Part shown: piece by piece, positions 56,101 through 63,982 of the stretch
How the letters are laid out: the number at the start of each line of letters is the position of its first letter
Position numbering within the stretch: position 1 is the first letter of the stretch
From: an uncultured Eubacteriales bacterium
GTDB lineage: Bacteria > Bacillota > Clostridia > Oscillospirales > Oscillospiraceae
Length of the DNA: 64,000 nucleotides
Assembly: GCA_900554275.1 (NCBI GenBank)
Contig: USGS01000001.1
Coordinates: forward strand, 5,036-69,035
Direction of reading: 5' to 3'
Position numbers and translations under genes: made by a program
The notes under the pieces: generated by a model
Told to the model about the DNA's origin: nothing
Database searches by the model: none
What the model saw: only the letters and a program-made list of their open reading frames with translations

Positions 56101-57850
56101 CATTGGCGATCGTCACATCCGCCAGCAGGTCGGTGTCGCCCTTGACGCCATCAATATAGGTATACAGCTTGAGATACTTGACCTGCGCGTCATGGAGACC
56201 GCTGAGGGTCAGCTCGGCTTCTTCCACCGCGTTCACATCCACCGTGACCGGCAGGATGCTGAGAACGATGGGAGTCGCGTAGTTATCTTTGATCTCCGCT
56301 TTCGGCATATACGCCGTCAGATAATATGTACCATCCGTCTCCGGAGCGGTAAAGGACACTGTGCCGTCCTCTGCCACCACAGCGCCGCTGATGTCCGTCA
56401 GCTTGCCGCTTTCCGCATTGACCCAGGCCAGCTGGGCGCCTTCCAGCGCACTGATCTGATTATTGGCTTCCAGCGCCTCCATAGGCACGCAGCCATAGTA
56501 ACCGATGCAATAGCCCATCACGGTCATATTCACCGCCGCCTTGGGCTTTATCGTCAGGCTGTCCAGCTTGGCATCAGCCTTCTCCCAGATCGGGTAATTA
56601 TCCAGTGCAGAGTCGTCCTGATACAGGAAGAAATCCACAACATTGCCGGTATTCACCTCCGCCTGTGCGACGGTGTAGCCGGTATAGCTCTTCCCGCCGG
56701 GAGCGTAGGTGTCATCCGCCAGTACGCCGTTATGCGGCACAGAGCCGTTGATGGTAAAGCCGCAGTTCCCCGTCTTTTCGCCGAAAATAGTGGTGATAAA
56801 ACCGCTGCTGCTTACGACCAAATAGTCCGCAGCCGTCTCCTTGGTGAACGCCTCACCGAAGGTCAGCTCATGGGCGCGGACCAGCACGTCCAGCGCGGAC
56901 ACGCCGTCCACCTCGTCGGTAAAGCCGTACTTCTCCGCCAGATCAGACGCCACGGTCTGCTTCTCCGCGAAGCCGTGGAGATATGCGCCCGCCGCCTGAG
57001 AGCGGATGGTCACCTCCGCCGTGGTAACCACCGGCGCGTGGGGCGCGATCATCGTAACAGTATAGGTGGTGGGGGTAACAGCCGGCGTGGCGTTCTCGCC
57101 CTCGCCGCTGGCCTCCTGTGCGTCGCCGCAGCGGATGGTCAGCACCGTGCCGTCCGCCACGGGGATAGACGCCGTGCGGCGGTAGGAGGTCTCGCCCACA
57201 GACAGATAGACCTGGTTCTGCTTGTTGGCTGCGGAGGCCGCGACAGTGACCTGCTCCACGCCCTCCGTCAGCTCCAGGGTATAGCTGGTGGTGTCCTTGT
57301 CGAATTCGGGCGCCAGCTTACCGGCGCTGAAGCTCAGGGCCGTCAGGCTGGTGTCGTTCATCGTCGTCCAGTTGCCGCCGATGTCCGCGCCCAAATTGCA
57401 GGTATACATGACGCGGATCTGGTCGCCGTTGGCCAGCGTACCGTCTGCCACGGTAAATTCTTTAAAGCCGCGGTTGGTGAACCAGTCGTTCAGCGTGCCC
57501 ATCCAGCCGCCGCCCTGGCTGCCGTCAAAATGGCCCAGAGCCGCATCGCCCTTGGTGATCTCGCTGATATAACCCTTGTCCGCGCCTACGGCGGTGTAGC
57601 CCGCCCCACGCAGCGCGCTGTCTACGCAGCTCATCATGGTGGCATCCGCCGTCAGGGTCACGTCGGTGTCCACCAGCGTACCCTTCATCTCATCATACTG
57701 GACGTCGGTATACGTGGTGTTCTCCACGATGACGTGGACACTGCCGAGGCTGCTTTCGCTCCCCTCGGCCACTTCGGCCCACACGGTGGTGGGGATCAGG
57801 CTCAGCGCCATGACCAGTGCCAGGAAGAGCGAAACTAAGCGTTTCTTCAT
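50168..57850 (-). CDS. Giant (2560 aa) cell-surface protein: signal peptide, N-terminal DUF4430-like domain, cadherin-like/Ig-like modules, GLUG-motif repeats, alpha/alpha-toroid (prenyltransferase/squalene-cyclase-like) region, three ~40-aa Cys-containing tandem repeats, C-terminal hydrophobic anchor + KKKR tail
   Basis: MKKRLVSLFLALVMALSLIPTTVWA; GWMGTLNDWFTNRGFKEFTVADGTLANGDQIRVMYT; GGIVGYA/VGGIIGG/AGGIFGN; GHKFGEWTVTKAATCTE.GVSTR.CTVCG x3; ...IWMGSAILAAAAVVVLTQKKKRASK. Confidence 0.8.
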   Translation of the reverse strand: MKKRLVSLFLALVMALSLIPTTVWAEVAEGSESSLGSVHVIVENTTYTDVQYDEMKGTLVDTDVTLTADATMMSCVDSALRGAGYTAVGADKGYISEITKGDAALGHFDGSQGGGWMGTLNDWFTNRGFKEFTVADGTLANGDQIRVMYTCNLGADIGGNWTTMNDTSLTALSFSAGKLAPEFDKDTTSYTLELTEGVEQVTVAASAANKQNQVYLSVGETSYRRTASIPVADGTVLTIRCGDAQEASGEGENATPAVTPTTYTVTMIAPHAPVVTTAEVTIRSQAAGAYLHGFAEKQTVASDLAEKYGFTDEVDGVSALDVLVRAHELTFGEAFTKETAADYLVVSSSGFITTIFGEKTGNCGFTINGSVPHNGVLADDTYAPGGKSYTGYTVAQAEVNTGNVVDFFLYQDDSALDNYPIWEKADAKLDSLTIKPKAAVNMTVMGYCIGYYGCVPMEALEANNQISALEGAQLAWVNAESGKLTDISGAVVAEDGTVSFTAPETDGTYYLTAYMPKAEIKDNYATPIVLSILPVTVDVNAVEEAELTLSGLHDAQVKYLKLYTYIDGVKGDTDLLADVTIANAAYTLTLPVGDYWVEGYDANDDCNGGLSLTVKAGENAAKIQRIYQISVNSGWVLGTDYTLDVKVTSADNQVRTAAPGRTVSGKGQTWEKTYDSCIFVVGDTVQATVTPDPVTRPTFNTATAKKTPTMNDSFSINCKAGVNVTLTVPAGSTVTMGTLAKYYVYSYIEPVSRDEATNTVAYRVDQNTDYFYRVQNPDGVTYWDYKRWSADDAITLTAEDLHIGDTSFTKDTIYRFEKNVYDRADIYLNINTQGYKSMAVGETFELNSFRNWFAIESYMNAKVALPDMHYQVIDVNGNPSDVVTITPDAVNSNVATMTANKAGTAIVLVTYDAMIHKQGQSSTSSKEFSAIWPECTGVFVVTVGSDGTGIETNMTLDRMDAAITKDEQRILDAEHDILFYLGDKGASYSFKPESGCTVTVARSTVGDTMTFNGFTNNGVTVAEDGTVTVTGLTTGRHIIKVEKNGVANYQVVTARGVSYKLVDNDGKELSEAAMKALKAGDTVNLQFSNLVSPKEKLSGAYNFNFSLYYQGEDGTFFKSDPGGNFGVYDFSGNPARQRISITIPKYWDGETYSLSGAIKQAGWPGVPTHRGITYAAGTNPGFNAPSTSGVLARLPELTLALAKTDFLTGKLSFVGSDGKAIARTSLTVTLKDAAGNVVNVADDGSFKCYAEEYFYTISGQGVEYTTGSVTVTEDGTNQFSVTLTVTSDSAWNGSSKTEPQKNESGVYQIATGAELAWFVNESKTADVSGVLTADIDLGKYAWLNIDSSKKVELDGAGHEITGLNATSGLFKQIGGGSHIQSLTLRGTSAGGGSVAGYAYGKDIVIENCFSHVTISGTGSNVGGIVGYANSTTTIRNCANLGAVTGSGSVGGIIGGFVGSGAVITGCYNTGAVAATGSTAGGIFGNGNYGITVTNCYNTGAVSASSNAGGIGGVAKGETNWTGSLLATSAVSDCYSVGAVTGGNGAFGSVDAGSATVTNCYALAADANAAVLTEEQMKSAELNAEAFGPTCGGYPALKWQKDVTFHKAEGGTVVPPTCTEKGYTLRTCTLCRESYRDTYVAATGHTERAGTRTVYPAYYTYTCDVCNELITVWADTRLEYVTLPATGVVSAAMTDEGKYPWTYNSAAERFESGNAGANSSTSTTSFVFTLDRQRTIAFDFGVSSEENYDKATITLSNGTETNTVASGISGTKADTYNGILTAGTWTLTVTYVKDSGGNNGADMAYVSGLTIADTAPAAAAEGAEAGVTLHDEYTIDLSAIFTDADGDEMTYAVSINGAAPVAAEASFRYTAVLVGKTTLVFTASDGEKTSTPYTVTLTVAKPAGPDVQEAYKTTGDYLSGKGTPIVGSIGGEWLTIGLARSGRTVPEGYYDNAVAYVKAEINTTTNRLDRNKSTDNARLILALTAIGKDVTDVGGFDLLAGLDDMKYVKRQGTNGPVWTLIALDSHGYTPAGSVTRDALVETILSLQKDSGAWYINSTNATDDVDMTAMAIQALAPYYKTNEAVKAAVDKALTWLSTMQKSDGSFAEMAGAASSSESTAQVLVALCALGIDPTADARFAKNSFHVVDGLLTFYTGEAFKHQLADATVDQMGTEQSYYALAAYMRLTGGRSFLYDMNDVCIKHVFGEWTVTKAATCTEAGVSTRICTVCGAEETLTVPALGHKFGEWTVTKAATCTETGVSTRTCTVCGEAKETKDIPALGHKFGEWTVTKAATCTETGVSTRTCTVCGEAKETKDIPALGHKAGTVYAMDKDSHWLTCTVCGAVLTKESHTYVQGVQCVCGLMKTSDSTVKKVDVKADVSSVVADNEKLNTPEKVKSTLQLEISRENNAITEKNTVMMEVTLTVTENGVSRPATKDDLTGGRITVLLPYPSEVAGDYRSYSFTVAHLVTMAGCGKDVGTVEFPAAVMTADGLLVTLTGLSPVAISYTERSSSGGGSGSTTVVKPTSANTADDSQMTIWMGSAILAAAAVVVLTQKKKRASK
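50888..51250. repeat. ~120-bp near-identical tandem repeat x3 inside giant gene (encodes GEWTVTKAATCTE..CTVCG modules)
   Basis: three successive units starting ~50888, 51008, 51128 with >90% identity. Confidence 0.75.
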
Positions 57851-58461
57851 CTGTTGTTTCCTCCTTGTGATTTTCTCTGCTCGTTATATAAACGCCTTTC
57901 GGCCTTGCTGCCCCTGTCTCCGCTCAGGAAGAGGAGGTGGGAGAGGCCCGGCTTGGCCTCTCCTACCCTTATGGAAAGCTGACGGTCTCCGTTCAGACCG
58001 CCAAGGCTTGGCAAAAATAAGGGTGCTGCGTGTTCCCTCCAATACGAAAAAACGCCGGTCATCCGCCTGCGCGGAAAACCAGCGAGTGCCGCAAGAAAAA
58101 AGCACCGACGCTTCCGTCACCGGAAACATCAGCGCGTACCCTTGCCTTGTCCATATCACACACGGAGAGAGCGCCCGCTGTTGTCGGCCCTCCTCCATGT
58201 AAGTCTCCTGCCTCGCGCCACGGAGCTTTCGCTCCCCGTCTGCCGCCTACCTTCTCAGGACTTGCGTCCCAATGGCTGACTTTCGTCACACAGCTCTCGC
58301 CGCTTCGGTGCATCCTTGCGCCCACAGTGCCGTTCGCGTGGGGTTCTTGCGCCCCGTTCCTTTCAAAACTGCCGCCTGACCGTGTTCGGTCGTTGCGGCG
58401 GCAGCCACACAGCATCCTCGGACCACTATTCACTTATCCGGGCCGTCCGGCCCACTGCAAA

Positions 58462-58493
58462 TCATTATAGCCGCCCCGTCTTTCCTTGTCAAG
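58462..58493 (-). promoter_or_regulatory. Consensus sigma-A promoter TTGACA-17-TATAAT driving a ~600-nt 5' leader of the giant surface-protein gene
   Basis: minus strand cttgacaaggaaagacggggcggctataatga; leader 58455->57851 contains multiple GC hairpins and two hairpin+U-tract candidates. Confidence 0.55.
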
Positions 58494-58513
58494 GGGGCTG
58501 GCATCGCAAACTG

Positions 58514-59398
58514 TCATTTTTCTCCATTCTCCGCCACCCAACGCCGCACATAGTCCACGAAACGCCGGGTAGACGCGGACAGCGCCCCCTTGTCCTTCAC
58601 GCCGATGCCGATGTTGCGGTAAAACCGCTCCGGCGCGTGGCACACCGCCACCGGGTACGGGCTGTGGCGCACCATCAGCTCCGGCAGCAGGCTGATGCCC
58701 AGTCCCTTGGACACCATGGCCAGCATGGTTCGGTCCTCCCGGGCGGTATAGCGGACGTTGGGCCGCACGTCCATCCGGTCCAGCGCCGCCGTGATCTCAT
58801 AGTCGTCGCCCTCCTCCAGCCGGATGAACGGCTCGCTGGCCAGCGCCTGCAGGGGAAACGTGTTGTTCCCCGCCAGCGGGTGGCCGCAGGGCGTCACCAC
58901 CACCAGCTCGTCCCGGTGCAGGGGATACGTCTGCAGCCGCTTGGCAGACGGCAGCCGCAGAAACCCGCAGTCCACCTTGCCCTGCAATATCCACTCCTCG
59001 CTCTGGCCGTAGAAATCGCCGGTGACCACCTCGAACTCAATATTGGGATACAGCTCCCCGAAGCTCTTGAGGATAGACGGCAGCCACTGGGCGGACACGC
59101 TGGAGAACGTGGCCACCTTCACAAGGCCCGCATCCATGCCCTTCAGATCCGCCGCCGACTGCATCAGCGCCCGGTGGGCGGCGCACAGCCGCTCGATCTT
59201 GGGCAGCAGGGCACGGCCGTCCGCCGTCAGCACCACGCCGCCCCGGTTGCGGCTCAGCAGCGTGACGCCCAGCTCGTCCTCCAGCGACTGCACCGCGTGG
59301 CTCACGCCGGACTGGGTAAAATTCAGCGCCTCCGCCGCCTTGGAAAAGCTGCCGCACTCCACCGTCTTGACGAACATCTGATATTTGGACACGCTCAT
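58514..59398 (-). CDS. LysR-family transcriptional regulator
   Basis: N-terminal HTH FSKAAEALNFTQSGVSHAVQSLEDELGVTLL; 294 aa. Confidence 0.85.
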   Translation of the reverse strand: MSVSKYQMFVKTVECGSFSKAAEALNFTQSGVSHAVQSLEDELGVTLLSRNRGGVVLTADGRALLPKIERLCAAHRALMQSAADLKGMDAGLVKVATFSSVSAQWLPSILKSFGELYPNIEFEVVTGDFYGQSEEWILQGKVDCGFLRLPSAKRLQTYPLHRDELVVVTPCGHPLAGNNTFPLQALASEPFIRLEEGDDYEITAALDRMDVRPNVRYTAREDRTMLAMVSKGLGISLLPELMVRHSPYPVAVCHAPERFYRNIGIGVKDKGALSASTRRFVDYVRRWVAENGEK

Positions 59399-59536
59399 GG
59401 TGCCACCTCCTTCTTGCCCTCTATCTTATCATACTTTTCCTCATACTTGCAAGTACAATTATGCGTTTTACAACTCAATAGCTTTGTGCTAATATAAGGA
59501 CAGTCAAACGAAGCAAATGAATGGAGGTAATTACTT

Positions 59537-59791
59537 ATGGCTTTGATTTCTAAGATGAACCGGTGCGCCGTCTGCGGCAGCAGCTCTGTGGTCTATAACG
59601 AGGAGGCCCGCACCTACCACTGCGCGTCCTGCGGCAGCGACTGCGCCCACACCATGCCCGCCGCCGATCTGGCCCTCATCAACCGCATCGCCGCTCTGGG
59701 CGACCTGAAGGGCGAGATGCCTGAGCTGCGTAAGCGCTATCCCCGTTTGGACATGACCACCTGGACGCGGGAGAACCGTGTGCAGGCCTGA
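59537..59791 (+). CDS. Small zinc-ribbon protein (two CxxC pairs)
   Basis: CAVCGSS...CASCGSDC; 84 aa. Confidence 0.4.
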   Translation: MALISKMNRCAVCGSSSVVYNEEARTYHCASCGSDCAHTMPAADLALINRIAALGDLKGEMPELRKRYPRLDMTTWTRENRVQA

Positions 59792-59882
59792 CCCCGATAC
59801 CATTTCTTTTCCATACTACCCCTCCACAAGAGGGAAGCCCCGGCCGACGGCCGGGGCTTCCCTCTTTATCTCATTCCTGTCA

Positions 59883-61766
59883 TTACAGATCATGCACCCG
59901 CAGGGCGCGGATGGCGTTCAGCACCGCCAGCACCATCACGCCCACGTCCGCAAAGATAGCCGCCCACATATCCGCCGCGCCCACGGCCACCAGCACCAGG
60001 CACGCGAACTTCACCGCCAGCGCGAACACGATGTTCTGATACACGATGCCGATGCACTTGCGGGAAATTTTGATGGCCTTGCTGATCTTGGCCGGGTCGT
60101 CGTCCATCAGCACGATGTCGGCGGCCTCGATGGCGGCGTCAGACCCCATCGCGCCCATGGCGATGCCGATGTCAGCCCGGCTCAGCACCGGCGCATCGTT
60201 GATGCCGTCGCCCACGAAGGCCAGCTTGTCCCGGCCCTTCTGCTGCGCCAGCAGCGCCTCCACCTGAGCCACCTTGTCGCCGGGGAGCAGCTCGCTGTGG
60301 ACCTCGTCCACGCCCAGCTCCGCCGCCACCGCCTCCGCCACCTTTTTGGCGTCGCCGGTGAGCATAACAGTCCTGCTCACCCCGGCCTTATGCAGCGCGG
60401 CCAGCGCCTCCCTGGCGTGGGGCTTCACCACGTCGGAGATGACGATATGGCCGGCGTACTGCCCGTCCACCGCCATGTGGATGATCGTGCCCACGCTGTG
60501 GCAGTCGTGGTACGGGATGCCCAGCCGCTCCATGAGCTTGCTGTTGCCCGCCGCCACCGTATGGCCGTCCACACAGGCGGTGACGCCGTGGCCGCTGATC
60601 TCCTGAATGTCGGTGACGCGGCTGCGGTCGATGGCCTTGCCGTAGGCGCGCTGCAAGCTCCTGCTGATGGGGTGGGAGGACGCACACTCCGCCAGCGCCG
60701 CGTACTCCAGCAGCTTGCTCTCGTCCATGTCGCTGTGGTGGACGGCGGTGACCTCAAACACGCCCTTCGTCAGCGTACCGGTCTTGTCGAACACCACTGT
60801 TTTCACCTGGGACAGCGTCTCCAGATAGTTAGACCCCTTAATGAGCACGCCCTCCTTGCTGGCGCCGCCGATACCGGCGAAGAAGCTCAGGGGGATGCTG
60901 ACCACCAGCGCGCAGGGGCAGCTGGTGACCAAAAACGTCAGCGCACGGTAGACCCACTGCTCCCACTGGCCGTCCATGCCGCCGATCAGCCGGATCACCG
61001 GGGGCAGCACCGCCAGCGCCAGGGCGCTGTAACACACGGCGGGGGTGTAGACGCGGGCGAACTTGGCGATGAAGTCCTCGCTGCGGGACTTGCGGGAGCT
61101 GGAGTTCTCCACCAGCTCCAGGATCTTGGAAACGGTGGACTCTCCGAACTCCTTGGTGGTGCGGATCTTCAAAAGGCCCGTCATGTTGATGCAGCCGCTG
61201 ATGATCTCGTCCCCCTCGCGGGCGTCCCGGGGCAAGCTCTCGCCGGTGAGGGCGCTGGTGTTCAGGGTGGAGCTGCCCTCCACCACCACGCCGTCGATGG
61301 GGACTTTTTCGCCGGGCTGCACCACGATGACCGTGCCCACGGCCACCTCGTCCGGATCGACCTGCACCAGCTGGCCGTCCCGCTCCACGTTGGCGTAGTC
61401 GGGACGGATGTCCATCAATGCGCTGATGTTCTTCCGGCTCTTGCCTACGGCGTAGCTCTGGAACAGCTCGCCGATCTGATAGAACAGCATAACGGCGATG
61501 GCCTCGTTGTAGTCGCCGCTCTTTTCATAGATGGCCAGCGCGAACGCGCCCACGGTGGCCACGGCCATCAGGAAGTTCTCGTCGAACACCCGGCCGTTCA
61601 GAATGCCCTGCCCCGCCTTTTTCAGGATGTCATAGCCGATGACCAGGTACGCCGCCAGATACAGCGCCAGCCGCGGCCAGCCCGTCACCGGCAGGAAGTA
61701 CAGCGCCGCCAGCATGACGGCGGTGATCAGGATGCGCGAGAGCATCTTTTTCTGTTTCTTCGTCAT
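59883..61766 (-). CDS. Heavy-metal translocating P1B-type ATPase (Cd/Zn/Co-type; no N-terminal HMA domain), start at MTKKQKK
   Basis: CPC in TM6 (SCPCALVVSIP), DKTGTLT, TGD, GDGINDAP; AAAGGAGCGGG RBS. Confidence 0.85.
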   Translation of the reverse strand: MTKKQKKMLSRILITAVMLAALYFLPVTGWPRLALYLAAYLVIGYDILKKAGQGILNGRVFDENFLMAVATVGAFALAIYEKSGDYNEAIAVMLFYQIGELFQSYAVGKSRKNISALMDIRPDYANVERDGQLVQVDPDEVAVGTVIVVQPGEKVPIDGVVVEGSSTLNTSALTGESLPRDAREGDEIISGCINMTGLLKIRTTKEFGESTVSKILELVENSSSRKSRSEDFIAKFARVYTPAVCYSALALAVLPPVIRLIGGMDGQWEQWVYRALTFLVTSCPCALVVSIPLSFFAGIGGASKEGVLIKGSNYLETLSQVKTVVFDKTGTLTKGVFEVTAVHHSDMDESKLLEYAALAECASSHPISRSLQRAYGKAIDRSRVTDIQEISGHGVTACVDGHTVAAGNSKLMERLGIPYHDCHSVGTIIHMAVDGQYAGHIVISDVVKPHAREALAALHKAGVSRTVMLTGDAKKVAEAVAAELGVDEVHSELLPGDKVAQVEALLAQQKGRDKLAFVGDGINDAPVLSRADIGIAMGAMGSDAAIEAADIVLMDDDPAKISKAIKISRKCIGIVYQNIVFALAVKFACLVLVAVGAADMWAAIFADVGVMVLAVLNAIRALRVHDL

Positions 61767-61834
61767 AGTCCCGCTCCTTTCCTCGATGGGAGAAAACGCG
61801 CCCTGCATGGGTGCAGGGCGCGGCTGAATATGTC

Positions 61835-62050
61835 TTACAGCTCGATCTCGCAGTCAGGCTCGACCTTCTTGCAGGCCTTCAGAACGGCCTTCATGGTGGC
61901 CTTCACGTCCGCACCCTCAGCAAATTCCACGATCATCTTTTGGGTCATGAAGTTCACCACCGCGGAAGCCACGCCCTCGGTCTTGCCCGCGGCCTCCTCC
62001 ATCAGGTTGGCGCAGTTGGCGCAGTCCACTTCAATGCTGTACGTCTTTTT
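61835..62050 (-). CDS. CopZ-like heavy-metal-associated (HMA) domain metallochaperone
   Basis: 71 aa; MKKTYSIEVDCANCANLMEEA (CxxC), ferredoxin-like HMA pattern. Confidence 0.7.
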   Translation of the reverse strand, partial: KKTYSIEVDCANCANLMEEAAGKTEGVASAVVNFMTQKMIVEFAEGADVKATMKAVLKACKKVEPDCEIEL

Positions 62051-62216
62051 CATGGGTATGCTCCTCTCCGTGCCGGTAGTTTTACCATTAAGCACTTGTT
62101 TAATCATCATGGCCGTAGTATACTGTCCCTGCGCCCAAAAGTCAACAGCTCCGCCCCACTCTCTGCCAAAGGGGCGAAAAGCATTTCCGTTCGGGCGAAA
62201 AGGGAGGATACCGACA

Positions 62217-62914
62217 TGGATGACCGTCAGCTGCCCCACTACCACGGCGAAGAGCCCACCCATACCGACGTGATCCGCCAGCTGCTGGACAGGGCGGATA
62301 CCTTCCAGCGACTGGCGGACATTTTTCGCCAGCTGGGCGACGCCAACCGCATCCGCATCTTCTGGCTGCTGTGCCACTGCGAGGAGTGCGTGGTGAACAT
62401 CGCCGCCATGATGGATATGTCCAGCCCCGCCGTGTCCCACCACCTGCGGACGCTGCGTGACAGCGGACTGCTGGTCACGCGGCGGGACGGCAAGGAGGTG
62501 TACTACCACGCCGCCGACACCGCCCAGGCCCGGCTGCTCCACGAGATGGTCGAGCAGGTCATGGACGTGGCCTGTCCCCAGTGGCGCTCCCAGGCGGAGC
62601 AGGTGCAGCTCATCCGGGAGATACACGACTACCTGACGGAGCACATGGACCGGCGCATCACCATTGACGAGCTGGCCCACCTGTACCCCATCAACCCCAC
62701 CACACTGAAAGAGGTGTTCAAATCGGTGTATGGCACGTCCATCGCCGCCCACCTGAAGGAGCACCGGCTGGAAAAGGCATCCCAGCTGCTGCGGGAGACG
62801 GGCCTGAGCGTGGCGGAGATCGCCCGTCAGGTGGGCTACGAGAGCCAAAGCAAGTTCACCGCCGCCTTCAAGGAGCAGTACGGCCTTCTCCCCACCGCCT
62901 ACCGCAGGACCTGA
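62217..62914 (+). CDS. Fusion transcriptional regulator: ArsR/SmtB (CadC-like) metal-sensing domain + AraC-family C-terminal HTH domain
   Basis: LGDANRIRIFWLLCHCEECVVNIAAMMDMSSPAVSHHLRTLRDSGLL (ArsR wHTH with C-x-C); C-terminal ITIDELAHLYPINPTTLKEVFK...SVAEIARQVGYESQSKFTAAFKEQYG (AraC HTH). Confidence 0.7.
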
Positions 62915-62977
62915 CCCTCCGCAGGCGCGCCCCCAACAAAACACCAGGACCTCCGGCCGCAGCCGGAGGTCCTGGTC

Positions 62978-63982
62978 TCAGTTCTCATATAATATATCCC
63001 GCGCCACGGGCCGGTAAAACAGCTTCTCCGCCTCGTCAAAGTCCCGGGTGCGTCCCAGTATCCACATCAGCTTGGCCACCGCCGCCTCCGTGGTCATGTC
63101 GTATGCCTCCAGCAGCCGCAGCGTGCTTTTCAGCCGCCCGCCCACGTGATACACCGTCAGGTCGCTGCCCTCGTTGGGCACCTGGGTGGTCATGACCACG
63201 ATCTTGCCCCGCTCCACGCCCCGGCGGATGATGTCGTAATAGCTGTCGTCCCCCTCGTATTCCGGCAGACCGCCTACGCCGAAGGACTCGATGACCAGCC
63301 CGTCATACCGCTCCAGCATGAATTCCAGCACCGCCGCCGGCGTGCCGGGGATCAGCTTCAGCAGCCCCACGTTATCGTCCAGCCTGTCGTAGAACAGCGG
63401 CCTGGGATAGCAGGCGCAGCGCATATATTGCAGCAGATGCTCGTCCTGCACCACCGCCAGGTCGGGATAATTCACGCTGGAAAACGCCTGAAAGCTCTTG
63501 GAGCAGGTCTTTCGCGCCCGCGTACCCAGGATCACCTTTCCGTTGAACACGATCTGCACGCCGCCGCAGCCCCGGCAGGCGTATAAGAACGCGTCCGTCA
63601 GGTTGCGCTTGGAGTCCGTGCCGTCGAACCATATGGGCTTCTGCGCCCCGGTGAGGATGATGGGCTTGGGGCTGCCCTGGATGAGATAGCTCAGCGCCGC
63701 GGCGGTGTAGGCCATGGTGTCCGTGCCGTGGGAGATGACAAAGCCGTCATAGTCGTCATACCGCTCCCGGATGGTCTGTGCCGCGCCCAGCCAGTGGGCC
63801 GGGCGGATGTTGGTGCTGTCCAGACTGTATAGCTGGATGCAGTCCACGTGGCACAGCTCCCCGATTCGGGGCACGAAGGATAAAAGCTGCGCGCTGTTCA
63901 GCTCCGGTGTCAGCCCGGAGGGTGACATCTCGCTGGCGATGGTGCCGCCTGTGCCGATCATCAGAATACGCTTCACGGTCAT
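62978..63982 (-). CDS. ansA: L-asparaginase (type I family)
   Basis: ILMIGTGGTIASE threonine-containing active-site motif, HGTDTM motif; 334 aa. Confidence 0.85.
   Translation of the reverse strand: MTVKRILMIGTGGTIASEMSPSGLTPELNSAQLLSFVPRIGELCHVDCIQLYSLDSTNIRPAHWLGAAQTIRERYDDYDGFVISHGTDTMAYTAAALSYLIQGSPKPIILTGAQKPIWFDGTDSKRNLTDAFLYACRGCGGVQIVFNGKVILGTRARKTCSKSFQAFSSVNYPDLAVVQDEHLLQYMRCACYPRPLFYDRLDDNVGLLKLIPGTPAAVLEFMLERYDGLVIESFGVGGLPEYEGDDSYYDIIRRGVERGKIVVMTTQVPNEGSDLTVYHVGGRLKSTLRLLEAYDMTTEAAVAKLMWILGRTRDFDEAEKLFYRPVARDILYEN

Noticed and set aside
50804-57838. 2344-aa plus-strand ORF
   Set aside because: Antisense to the motif-rich 2560-aa minus-strand gene; Gly/Ala/Arg/Asp-rich low-complexity translation typical of high-GC antisense frames; no start context.
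57851-58460. Assignment of the long leader to a specific riboswitch class (c-di-GMP-I or cobalamin)
   Set aside because: Partial resemblance (GGGACGCAAGUCC vs GGGACGCAAAGCC) but conserved GCAAACC and B12-box GCCACUG elements not found by eye; left as unclassified candidate.
61835-62944. 369-aa minus-strand ORF spanning the ArsR-AraC regulator
   Set aside because: Only its last 71 codons (CopZ-like, 61835-62050) are credible; the rest is antisense to the plus-strand regulator gene.
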